Shown here: piece after piece, positions 20,754 to 28,833 of the stretch
Layout of the letters: the number at the start of each line of letters is the position of its first letter
How positions within the stretch are numbered: position 1 is the first letter of the stretch
From: Kineococcus radiotolerans SRS30216 = ATCC BAA-149
GTDB lineage: Bacteria; Actinomycetota; Actinomycetes; Actinomycetales; Kineococcaceae
Direction: 5' to 3'
Length of the DNA stretch: 32,000 bases
NCBI RefSeq assembly: GCF_000017305.1
Contig: NC_009664.2
Span: forward strand, 4,410,001 to 4,442,000
Notes under the pieces: generated by a model
What the model saw: only the letters and a program-made list of their open reading frames with translations
Database searches by the model: none
What the model was told of the DNA's origin: nothing
Made by a program: the position numbers and the translations under genes

Positions 20754-20850
20754 CTCTGGAGACCTCGATCCGGCCTCCCTGCTCAGCACCGCCGCGCTCC
20801 TCCACGTCCACGAGACGCGACCCTGCTGAGGCGGACCGCCAGCCCGCGCC

Positions 20851-21720
20851 TCACGCCCGAGGACGGCGGTACGCCTCCAGCTGCTCGGCCGGGAGCTTGG
20901 GCACCGCGTGGACAGGGGTGGCCGGTGCCCCTCCGCTCACCCGGTCGCCAGCCTCGTCGCGAGCCTCGTCGGGGGCCGGCGGGAGGACCGTCTCACCCGT
21001 CGCCCCCGGTGGTGCCCCGCTCGCGGCACCGGTCGGCGCCGGGTCCACCGGGTCCACCGGGACCGGACCGGCGGTGTTGGCGGTGTCGGTGGTGTCGGCG
21101 GTGTCCGGTCGCCTGTCCTGCACCCGCCACAGCACCAGGGCCGAGGCCAGCGACAGCACCGTTGTCACCGCCAGCAGCGCCAGGACGGGGGCGATCTGGA
21201 GCAACCCGCCGGTGTTCGGCAGCAGGTAGGTCCGCTGCAGGTTCCCGAACGGCTCGCTGAGCGGTTCGTTGGTCAGGTCGAACAGCATCACCAGGCACAG
21301 CGCGCTCTCCACCGCTGTCAGCGCCGCCGCCCCCGCCGCGACCCGACCGGCCCAGCGGGAGGGTACGAGCCAGCCGGGCCGCCCCGCCGCGATCAGGGCC
21401 GCCAGCGCCACGAGCGCCAGCGAGGAGGCCAGCAGGGCCTCCGGCACCGCCACCGTCGCCCACAGCAGGCGGAACCGCACGGAGAAGGTGAAGTCGATCC
21501 GGGTGCGCAGCGTCTCCTCCGAGACGTAGCTGCCGAAGTAGACCGTGTCCGCGCCGCCGGTCAGGAAACGCCGGAACACCTCGGCCAGGACCACCGCGCT
21601 GGCGGCCGCGCCAGCGACGAGCGACCACGGCACCCACACCAGTGGACCCCGCCCCTCCGGCTTTCCCGTCCCCTCCTCGTCGGGCTGGGAGGTCTCGGGC
21701 TGCCCGCTCCGGTCGTCCAC
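20851..21720 (-). CDS. Multi-pass membrane protein with a Pro/Asp/Thr-rich C-terminal tail
   Basis: GTG 21720 with about 4 hydrophobic helices. The C-terminal repeats DTADTTDTANTAGPVPVDPVDPAP are encoded by short tandem DNA repeats at about 21040-21115. TAGGTT (minus strand, 21727-21732) lies 6 nt upstream of the GTG, suggesting a leaderless-type -10. Confidence 0.7.
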   Translation of the reverse strand: MDDRSGQPETSQPDEEGTGKPEGRGPLVWVPWSLVAGAAASAVVLAEVFRRFLTGGADTVYFGSYVSEETLRTRIDFTFSVRFRLLWATVAVPEALLASSLALVALAALIAAGRPGWLVPSRWAGRVAAGAAALTAVESALCLVMLFDLTNEPLSEPFGNLQRTYLLPNTGGLLQIAPVLALLAVTTVLSLASALVLWRVQDRRPDTADTTDTANTAGPVPVDPVDPAPTGAASGAPPGATGETVLPPAPDEARDEAGDRVSGGAPATPVHAVPKLPAEQLEAYRRPRA

Positions 21721-21766
21721 GTCTTGAACCTACGGCGAAGGCGTCGGGCCGTCGCGCCAGGACCGC

Positions 21767-21787
21767 GGGGGGGGGGGGGGGGGGGGG
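21767..21787 (+). repeat. Homopolymeric G21 tract (C21 on the minus strand)
   Basis: 21 consecutive G, located 47-67 nt upstream of the minus-strand start at 21720. Confidence 0.95.
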
Positions 21788-21865
21788 AACCTTCAGGTCC
21801 CGGCGGTCGGCGCGAGGTCCTCTTCCGACCTGGTCGCCGTCGCCGCAGGCGTCACCGGCAGACCC

Positions 21866-21877
21866 GACCGTGAGGTC
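21866..21877 (+). repeat. Partial boundary repeat (3' half only), copy 12
   Basis: GACCGTGAGGTC is identical to the 3' 12 nt of copy 9. Confidence 0.4.
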
Positions 21878-21899
21878 GATGGCGCGAGGTCGATGGCGC
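21872..21899 (+). repeat. Perfect 14-nt tandem duplication
   Basis: GAGGTCGATGGCGC x2 (21872-21885, 21886-21899), starting inside the partial boundary repeat. Confidence 0.9.
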
Positions 21900-21998
21900 G
21901 TGGAGGGCGCCGGGACCGCGACGTCGCGGACGTCGTGTGGACGGTCGTCGACGTCCTGGCTCGCGCCACGACCGCGACGTCGTCCGGAGCGCCGGGGG

Positions 21999-22017
21999 GC
22001 GGCATGACCCTGAAAGA
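21999..22017 (+). repeat. Boundary repeat core, copy 13 (diverged)
   Basis: GCGGCATGACCCTGAAAGA, with the box ACGACCGCGACGTCGTCCGG at 21968; it abuts the stop codon at 22018-22020. Confidence 0.6.
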
Positions 22018-22302
22018 TCAGTCTCCGCTGGGTGCGGCGGCGTCATCGCGAACGCGTGGGCGGCTGAGCCGGAAGAGGCCGATGCAGACGCCCATGAGGA
22101 GGCCGGCAGCGATGATGCTCGGCCAGTGCGGCAGCCGCAGGTCTGTGAGGTATCGCCCCGTGAGCGCTACCACCACAGCGGCCACGAAGCGGAGCCACCA
22201 CGGCCAGCCGCCGACACCGCGAGGACCGTTCCACGCTCGCGCCCACCGTGCGAGCTGCTGTCTGGGCACGACGACACCTGGCCGCAGGCCCTGCTCCAAC
22301 AC
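22018..22302 (-). CDS. Cassette ORF: small two-helix membrane protein
   Basis: WPWWLRFVAAVVVALTGRYL and HWPSIIAAGLLMGVCIGLFRL helices; GTG start 13 nt from repeat copy 14. Confidence 0.5.
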   Translation of the reverse strand: MLEQGLRPGVVVPRQQLARWARAWNGPRGVGGWPWWLRFVAAVVVALTGRYLTDLRLPHWPSIIAAGLLMGVCIGLFRLSRPRVRDDAAAPSGD

Positions 22303-22314
22303 TGCGCGCGCACC

Positions 22315-22333
22315 GCGGGATGACCGCGTGTTC
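22315..22333 (+). repeat. Boundary repeat core, copy 14
   Basis: GCGGGATGACCGCGTGTTC preceded by GCGCGCGCACC. Confidence 0.9.
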
Positions 22334-22359
22334 GTGTCGTGCGGCTGGGGGGCTGACTG

Positions 22360-22680
22360 TCAGGAGGCGGTCGTACCGCGGGCGCTCGCCTGATCGTTGG
22401 GTGGGCTGTCGGGCTTCAGCGGCAAGGCCGGGGAAGGCGCGTTTCCGCCCGCGGTGATTTCTACGGCGATCGAGTCCCACTGGTACACCTCGGCTCCCGC
22501 AGCCGGGTGCTGAGAGGTGATGTAGAACAGACCCGGCCAGGCGAGGGCACCGATCGGTGGTCCATCGGGGTCTGGGTTGGTGAGGGTCACGCCCGCGTCG
22601 CTGGCGACGTCCCGGCCGATGTGGAAGGGCAGTCCCACTACGTCGGGAACGACCACGCGGGGTGCAGCGCGCTCACTCAT
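22360..22680 (-). CDS. Cassette ORF: PASTA-domain-like small protein
   Basis: VVVPDVVGLPFHIGRDVASDAGVTL...ITSQHPAAGAEVYQWDSIAVEI follows the PASTA pattern (vPdvvGl...a...l...G..v......Q.P.aG..v....v.l.v). Confidence 0.55.
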   Translation of the reverse strand: MSERAAPRVVVPDVVGLPFHIGRDVASDAGVTLTNPDPDGPPIGALAWPGLFYITSQHPAAGAEVYQWDSIAVEITAGGNAPSPALPLKPDSPPNDQASARGTTAS

Positions 22681-22840
22681 CTTTGCAGGCTACCCACTCC
22701 GCGTTTCGGATCGAGGGGCGCAGACAGCAGGAGGTCCGTGAGTTATCGCATCAAGAAGTTGTGAGCCCCGCTCATCTGCCGTACCACTTGGCTGTTGACA
22801 TGACCGCTGCGTCGACAGATCAGTCAGGACCGCCCGGGTC

Positions 22841-22859
22841 GCGGGATGACCGTGAAGTC
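22841..22859 (+). repeat. Boundary repeat core, copy 15
   Basis: GCGGGATGACCGTGAAGTC, with the box ATGACCGCTGCGTCGAC at 22800-22816. Confidence 0.9.
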
Positions 22860-22985
22860 GTTGGTCGGCGGCGGTAGTCCTAGTGGTGGTGCTGATGCGT
22901 CTAGCAGCCGCCGCGCCCTTATCGCGTGATCTTCCTGCAGCGGCGGTTCGCCATCCTCTACGGTCAAGCAATGGGAGCCGCCACC

Positions 22986-23495
22986 ATGTCCACGCAGGTC
23001 AGAGCGCACAGCCAGGGACGCAGTAGCGACCTCCCCGCTCGTGGCCTCGGTCTTGCCCTGGCGGCTCTTGCCCTGACCGTCGGCGCGGCCTGCTCAGCCC
23101 AGGAGGAGACCGGTGTCTCCACGACGCAGATGGATGAAACAACGCGGCTCGCTTCCACGGCCGCCAGCACCGCGACGGGCATCACCGCGGCGGACATCAC
23201 GCGTCCCCAGGAAGGGATCAGCGCCGTTGGTGGAGACGCGAGCACCACCACGAGTGTTTCAATCGGGTTGACGGCGAACGCGACTTTCCGCGCCTTCACG
23301 GTGTGCACCGGCGGCGGAGACCTCGAGCTGGACCTGGCGGGCACTGCGCAGGAGCTGGCGTGTGACGGCCAGGTCCGAGAAGTCGCCGAGCTTGTGGTCC
23401 CGGACACCGGGAGCGTCCAGTTCAAGCCGAGTCGTGTCAACGATTTCGCGTCGGCGTCGGCGTCGGCGTGGGCTGTGGCGTTCGCCCCTGCGTGA
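22986..23495 (+). CDS. Cassette ORF: putative secreted lipoprotein
   Basis: ATG 22986 preceded by GGGAG. Signal peptide MSTQVRAHSQGRSSDLPARGLGLALAALALTVGAAC. The track ORF begins at GTG 22926. Confidence 0.6.
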   Translation: MSTQVRAHSQGRSSDLPARGLGLALAALALTVGAACSAQEETGVSTTQMDETTRLASTAASTATGITAADITRPQEGISAVGGDASTTTSVSIGLTANATFRAFTVCTGGGDLELDLAGTAQELACDGQVREVAELVVPDTGSVQFKPSRVNDFASASASAWAVAFAPA

Positions 23496-23683
23496 ACCGA
23501 CGGACCTCAACTGCTGCGGCCACCAGCCCGTGGTCGTCGGCACCCGATGGACCCGGTGGCGGCTCTGGAGGTGGTTCTGCTGATGGCTCGACGCGACTGA
23601 CTCAGGAGCGGTAGCCCTAGCGTGCTCGCACGGCCAGCGACAAGACCGCGACGCCGCAGGCCGCCGGCAACAGCACGCACAAC

Positions 23684-23702
23684 GCGGGATGACCATGAGG
23701 TG
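23684..23702 (+). repeat. Boundary repeat core, copy 16
   Basis: GCGGGATGACCATGAGGTG preceded by GCACGCACAAC, with the box AAGACCGCGACGCCGCAGG at 23642-23660. Confidence 0.85.
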
Positions 23703-23734
23703 CGCCTGAACTCGCCCAGTGGGTGCGTGCGACC

Positions 23735-24169
23735 TCAGTCCTGGTTGGCCCAGATCGTGGCGACCAGAGTGCTGTTCTCATCTCGGCACTGATCTGTGGC
23801 GGCGCGGAAAGCGGCGTCTGCTGCTTGGGGGTCAGCTTCGTCTTCGTAGCTGGCGGTGACGGTGAAGCCCAGCTCTCCATCACCCCAAGCCAAGCTGGAG
23901 GGCTCGTAGCCGGCGGCGCTGACGCAGTCGCGTTCTGCAGTGAGAGCTTGCTCGTACTCACCGCCGCTCACCTGGCCGTCCTCCAGGATTGCCGCCTGTG
24001 GCGCGGGAGCGTCCTGGGCCAGCTGTGCGATGGCCGTGGGGTCGTTGACCGCCTGCAGGGCCCGGGCGGTGGGACTGTCCGGGGCCAGGCCGTTGGAGCA
24101 CGCGGTGAAGGGCAGGAGGGCCGCTCCGGTGAGTACGAGCACAGCGAGGTGTCGCCGGGGGTGTCGCAT
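23735..24169 (-). CDS. Cassette ORF: putative secreted lipoprotein
   Basis: ATG 24169 preceded by GGAGGA. MRHPRRHLAVLVLTGAALLPFTACSNG lipoprotein signal. The track ORF 23735..24667 extends upstream through non-coding sequence. Confidence 0.7.
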   Translation of the reverse strand: MRHPRRHLAVLVLTGAALLPFTACSNGLAPDSPTARALQAVNDPTAIAQLAQDAPAPQAAILEDGQVSGGEYEQALTAERDCVSAAGYEPSSLAWGDGELGFTVTASYEDEADPQAADAAFRAATDQCRDENSTLVATIWANQD

Positions 24170-24324
24170 GGGTCCTCCTGCAGCCAGTGATCTCAGCATC
24201 GTGTCAGCTGGCAGGGCGATCAGGACCACTCCGAGGGGTCGCGAGAACGCAAATCCAGGTCGAATGACCGCCTGGTCATCGGCAGATCCGGTCGTCGTCA
24301 ACCCCCGGGGCGACCGCGCACAAC

Positions 24325-24343
24325 GCGGGATGACCGTGGAGTC
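24325..24343 (+). repeat. Boundary repeat core, copy 17
   Basis: GCGGGATGACCGTGGAGTC preceded by GCGCACAAC, with the box ATGACCGCCTGGTCATCGG at 24264-24282. Confidence 0.9.
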
Positions 24344-24402
24344 GCACAGAGCGCGGCGAGAGGTCTCCGGCCGCGGTTGCGCCAAAGACATGGAGAGGCA
24401 TC

Positions 24403-24854
24403 TCACCTCAGCCCACTCCAGTCGATGTCGATCCAGACGTCGCGCGACGATCGAGGCCATGGCGCTGGCACCAGGCATGCCTGGGTGATGCCTGCAGCGA
24501 GCAGCTCCTCGCGCACCAGGGTCACGATTGCCTGGCCCATCGGTGGGGAGATGAAGCCATCCGCGTCGATGTGGATCCACGGTCCCTGCGGGTCTCGGTA
24601 GACGGGACTGATGTAGCTGGGAGTGTTCAGGGGTCGGGGCGAGAGTAGTTCTGACTCGCCTCCTCAACGGTGAGGAAGACCTGGCCGTTTTCGGCGATGA
24701 GCATCAGGCGTGGCGCTGCTCGGGCTGGAGCGTGAGCAGCCGCCTCGGGGTCCTCGCAACGGATCAGCAGGCTCTCGTCCTCGTTGAGCCACGGCTCGAC
24801 ACCGGGGAGGGGACCGAAGAGGCCGGGAGCGGCTTCGACGTGGTGCGCGGGCAC
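24403..24854 (-). pseudogene. Cassette ORF: hypothetical protein split by one frameshift
   Basis: ORF 24627..24854 (MPAHHVEAAPGLFGPL...TVEEASQNYSRPDP*) continues after a -1/+2 shift at the G-runs 24630-24639. The continuation reads PLNTPSYISPVYRDPQGPWIHIDADGFISPPMGQAIVTLVREELLAAGITQA...IDWSGLR* and ends at 24403. Confidence 0.5.
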
Positions 24855-25055
24855 GTTGTCAGCATGACGCGGTCAGTCCCGCAGTGGGGCCGACTGCGGG
24901 GGGCAGCCGCCTACGCCAGGCAGACGGATGGCTCGTGCTCGCAGCCGAGCGGTGCATGAGGACCTCGCTGCGTGCGGGTGATCATCGCGTCTCGACAACC
25001 ACTTGCTCGTTGACATGAGAGTGACGTTGTAGCCGTCCCCGGTTGCGCCCGTACT

Positions 25056-25074
25056 GCGGAATGACCGGATATCA
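25056..25074 (+). repeat. Boundary repeat core, copy 18 (diverged, last of the array)
   Basis: GCGGAATGACCGGATATCA, with the box ATGAGAGTGACGTTG at 25015; it overlaps the stop codon 25072-25074. Confidence 0.6.
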
Positions 25075-25545
25075 GCGCAGTCGAGGTCGCGGCCGGCTGG
25101 TGGCTCCTGGGGCGGGTCCTCGCCGACGCTCGTCGGCGGGCAGGGGCGGGTCGCCCCACCACCACACTCCGTCCTCGTCGGGGGCCATCGACTCCAGTAC
25201 CGAGCCCAGGGGCTCCTCGATGTCGGAGGTCGCGATGTTGTCGGCGAGGTCCACAGCGGGATCGACGTCGGGTGCGGGCAGGTTCAAGGGGTAGTTCTCG
25301 ACCTCGTCGAGGTGGCGGCGTAGGCCGGTGGTGAAGTCCCACCAAGGGTGGTGGTACACCACGTGCAGCACCGGGTGCCCGTCGTGGACGCCGGCCCAGG
25401 ACCGCACCACGTGGACCCGGCCGCCGGTGGCGGGCAGTTGCCGGGCGGGGTCGGTGAGCTGGCGCAGGAGAGCGGTGTGGACGTCGTCGGCCCACCGCTG
25501 CGGGTCGTCTCGGATGCGGGCTGAGGCTTCTGGTGCGGCGTCCAT
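25072..25545 (-). CDS. Cassette ORF: hypothetical protein
   Basis: 157-codon ATG ORF (MDAAPEASARIRDDPQRWADDVHTALLRQL...HVVYHHPWWDF...); no family recognised. Confidence 0.55.
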   Translation of the reverse strand: MDAAPEASARIRDDPQRWADDVHTALLRQLTDPARQLPATGGRVHVVRSWAGVHDGHPVLHVVYHHPWWDFTTGLRRHLDEVENYPLNLPAPDVDPAVDLADNIATSDIEEPLGSVLESMAPDEDGVWWWGDPPLPADERRRGPAPGATSRPRPRLR

Positions 25546-25554
25546 GGCCTTGTT

Positions 25555-25577
25555 CTACCGGTCAGGCTGACCGGTAG
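25555..25577. terminator. Perfect 23-bp palindrome / hairpin
   Basis: CTACCGGTCAG G CTGACCGGTAG, between the YhcG-like stop (25582) and the start of the next minus-strand ORF (25545). Confidence 0.5.
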
Positions 25578-25581
25578 GTCG

Positions 25582-26720
25582 TCAGTGGTCGTTGCTGTCG
25601 TGGTTGTCGGCGCTCGCGGGCGGTGGGGGTGTCTCGTCGAGGGCGTCGTCCAGGGCGTCGGTGAGGGCGTCGGTGAGGTCGCTGCCGAGCTGGTCGCTGA
25701 GCTGGGTGGGGTTGGCAGGCTGGCTTGTTGGTCGGGGGGGAGGGTGTCGTAGGTGTAGGTGGCCACCGCCATGGGGGCGGGCGCGCCGGCGAGGGCGTAG
25801 CGGACGACGTGTTCGTCGCGGTCTTTGCAGAGCAGGATCCCGACGGTGGGGGCGTGCACGGTGGGGTCGCGCAGGCGGTCGTCGATGAGGGCGACGTAGG
25901 CGCCGAGCTGTCCGGTGTACGCGGGGGTGAAGCGCCCGATCTTGAGTTCGATGACGATGTAGCGGACTTGGGGGATGTGGAAGAGGATTCCACGGCGCAG
26001 GGCGCCGCGGCTCCTGTCGATGATCATCTCTTCTTCACCGACGGTGAAGCGGACTTGGCGTCCGACGAAGGCCATGCCGTGCCCGAACGCGGTCAGCGTC
26101 TGCTGCAGGCGGTCGACGAGGCCTTGCTCCATCGCCCGTTCGCTGGCGCGGTCGGTGAGGGCGAGGTGGTCGAAGACGTAGGGGTCGCGGGTGAGCTGCT
26201 GGGCGAGCTCGGAGTCCGGCTGGGGCAGCTGGGCTTCGAAGTTGGAGGGGGCGGCGCCGATGCGGGTGTGCAGCCCCGAGTCGATCTGGTTGGCCAGGAC
26301 GTCGCGGGACCAGCCCTGCTGGAGGGCGTGGGTGGCGTACGAGTCGCGGGTGGCGCGCTCGTCGAGGCGGCCGAGGAGGACGGTGAGGTGACCCCAGGGC
26401 AATCGTGCAACGGCTTGTTGCACGAAGCCGGCTTCCTCGGGCCAGGCGGTGGCGGCGGCGCGCATGTACTGCAGGTTGCGGCGGGAGAAGCCGCGCTGAT
26501 CGGGGAACGCTCGGCGGAGGTCGTGGGCGAGGCGGTCGATGACCTTCGCGCCCCACCGGCGTCGTGTTGGCGGGTGAGGATGTCGTGGCCGATGGACCAG
26601 TACAGCCGCAGGAGCTCGATGTTGGCGGCGCGCGCGGCGCGCACCCGTGAGGTGGCGACACGGGCCTTGAGCTGCTCGAGCAGCTCGGCGTAGCCCTCGG
26701 GCAGGTCAACTGCGAGGTCG
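25582..26720 (-). pseudogene. YhcG-like DUF1016 PD-(D/E)XK nuclease-domain protein with at least 2 frameshifts
   Basis: Three frames join into one family-typical sequence. N-terminal: YAELLEQLKARVATSRVRAARAANIELLRLYWSIGHDILTRQHDAG. After a shift near 26556: WGAKVIDRLAHDLRRAFPDQRGFSRRNLQYMRAAATAWPEE...VRYIVIELKIGRFTPAYTGQLGAYVALIDDRLRDPTVHAPTVGILLCKDRDEHVVRYAL. After a shift near 25713-25740: NPTQLSDQLGSDLTDAL...NDH*. No clean start codon; possible further extension to ATG 26813 in yet another frame. Confidence 0.7.
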
Positions 26721-27271
26721 ACTGCCAGGGCAGCCGGCGGGGCGCTCGACAGGTCACGGGCTGAGCTGCTGGGTGTGGGGGGCCTGCAGGTCGCGTGCGG
26801 GCACGGGCGGCATCCTGCCGCCCGGCTCGGACAGCGTGGTGATCAGGTGGCGGCAGTGGGCTGGGGCGGACTGGCTTGGAGAGGCCCTTGGAATGGCGAA
26901 ACCCCGCGGGCCGTGGGCCGCTGCGGGGTGATGGTGATGATTGTCCCAAGATCACTTTTGCTTGTCAAGCAGCGCTACCTGTAGGTGCGGGGCTCCAAAG
27001 AGCCGGGGCCGCTGATGCTGGCCGCACCGATGGGGCTAGACCACGATGGGGCCATGCCGAGCCGCCGACATCCGAGCCGGCGGCGTCCCGGGCCGGTGCC
27101 GTTGGCGAGAGGCGCCTCGACCTACCGGGGAAGACCGCTTGTCGCCGCCTGCGTGTACAAGGAAGACGTGACTGCCACCAGCCGAGTGCTGCTGCCCAGG
27201 CGCCGGGGCGGCGTCCGCTGCCGGCGGGCCTGGCGCGAGGTGATCGAGACGAGCAGGGCCAGGGGGCACGC

Positions 27272-28684
27272 GTGAGCGAAGCGACGCCAGACGGACGGGC
27301 GCCGGGACGGTTGGATGGTCGCGCAGTCAGGCCGTCAGGCGGGCGGCCGGATGGGCGGTCCGTTGGGGCGGGTAACACCGGCGAGCAGGCCGGGCCTGTT
27401 GCCGTGGAGCTGATGGCGGCGCTGCTGAGCGAGGCCGGTTCGCTGGCGCAGGAAGCCCACCGGCTTCTCTCACCGGTAGCTGCCTTCCGCAGCACCTTGC
27501 GTGAGCGGCTCCTGGCCGACGGGCAGATCGTTCCCTTCGCTCACCGCGCTGCTGCCCTGGCTCCCCGGCACAGCGTCGCGGCGGTGGACGGTGGGTCGGT
27601 GCGCGAGCACCTGTACGCCGCTGACCTGATGGTCGCGGTCGCTGTCGCTGCTGAGGGGATGACCAGCGTCGGCGGGCACGCCCTGCCGCACCGGCACTGG
27701 GCTCACGTGCGCGAGCACGAGTCGGAGAACGACCGGCTGCTGTCGGCGGCGATGGCGAGTCTGGAGCTGCAGCTGCTGGCGGACCTCTCCCACGAGGTGC
27801 GCATCCTGGACGGCTCGCACAGCACCCCGGTGATCGCCCTGTCCACGGCGCTGGCCGTCCGTAGCCGGGCGGTGGCTGAGACGGCCGCGGAGCTGGTGAC
27901 CGATGAGGTCGTGGCTGCTGTGCGCTCGCTGGCCGATCCGGATCAGCGGACTCATCCCGGGGAGGTGGTGGCCCTGCCGAAGGCGGACTCCGCGCATGCC
28001 TTCGCCGGCCTCTACCGGGCCCGCTACGAGCTGGACCTGCCCGGTGGGGACCGGTTCCTGGCCGCTCAGGTTCTCGAGCCGGGGGAGATGCTCCACCCGC
28101 GGGCGGCCACGGAGGTGGCCGGGGTGCACTTCACGGTCAGTGAGGAGGCCTCGAAGCGGGTGCAGGAGGCCGCATCGAAGCTGAACCAGGCGATCGCTCC
28201 TCTGCGAGATGCGGTCGGCAGCGGGCAGCTCCTGGTCACCTACGTCAAGCCCGCCAGCGCCGACACGGTGCTCAAGGTCGAGTTCCGCGTCTCGGAGCCG
28301 CTGGGGGATGCCAGCACCTCGGTGTCTTCAGGGATGTCCTCGAGCACGTCCTCGCGGGCGCTGGGTGAGGCCCAGCGGCTGGCGGGGTTGTTGTCGGCCG
28401 AGACGCCGGGCCCGCACCTGCAGGAGCCGTTCGCGCAGTACGCGGTGGATCTGGTCGCCAAGAGCGTGTCGGTGGGGGCTGAGGCGTTGAACCAGTCGAT
28501 GATCGCGATGCTGCCGCCAGGGTCGGAGGACTACCTGACCCTGCTGGCCCGCTCGTACCGCACGCGAACAGGTGGCGGCAGTGGTGGTGGTGGGCGTGGG
28601 GGCAGCGCGCACCCCGGTGGCGCAGGACGCGTCGGTGGATCCGGTGGACCCGGTGGGTCCGGTGGACCGGCAGGTGGTCGGTGA
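27272..28684 (+). CDS. nurA: NurA-like 5'-3' nuclease with a Gly/Arg-rich C-terminal tail
   Basis: SVAAVDGGSVREHLYAADLMVAVAVAAEG and VRILDGSHSTPVIAL match NurA catalytic Asp motifs. Sits immediately upstream of the HerA-like ATPase. Start uncertain: GTG 27272 (AGGGGG upstream), GTG 27404 or ATG 27413. The track ORF from 26876 is too long. Confidence 0.7.
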   Translation: MSEATPDGRAPGRLDGRAVRPSGGRPDGRSVGAGNTGEQAGPVAVELMAALLSEAGSLAQEAHRLLSPVAAFRSTLRERLLADGQIVPFAHRAAALAPRHSVAAVDGGSVREHLYAADLMVAVAVAAEGMTSVGGHALPHRHWAHVREHESENDRLLSAAMASLELQLLADLSHEVRILDGSHSTPVIALSTALAVRSRAVAETAAELVTDEVVAAVRSLADPDQRTHPGEVVALPKADSAHAFAGLYRARYELDLPGGDRFLAAQVLEPGEMLHPRAATEVAGVHFTVSEEASKRVQEAASKLNQAIAPLRDAVGSGQLLVTYVKPASADTVLKVEFRVSEPLGDASTSVSSGMSSSTSSRALGEAQRLAGLLSAETPGPHLQEPFAQYAVDLVAKSVSVGAEALNQSMIAMLPPGSEDYLTLLARSYRTRTGGGSGGGGRGGSAHPGGAGRVGGSGGPGGSGGPAGGR

Positions 28685-28833
28685 CCGGCCGTAGGCAGGG
28701 TGCGGTCACGGGCTGCGCCCCGGTGGCCCAGGCCGCGGGACCTGCACCATCGACCTGAGCAGCACGAGCAGCCCGAACGACATGAGCAGTGCACGCAGCA
28801 CGAGCAGGATGAGCAGCGCGAGGGAGTCTTTCC

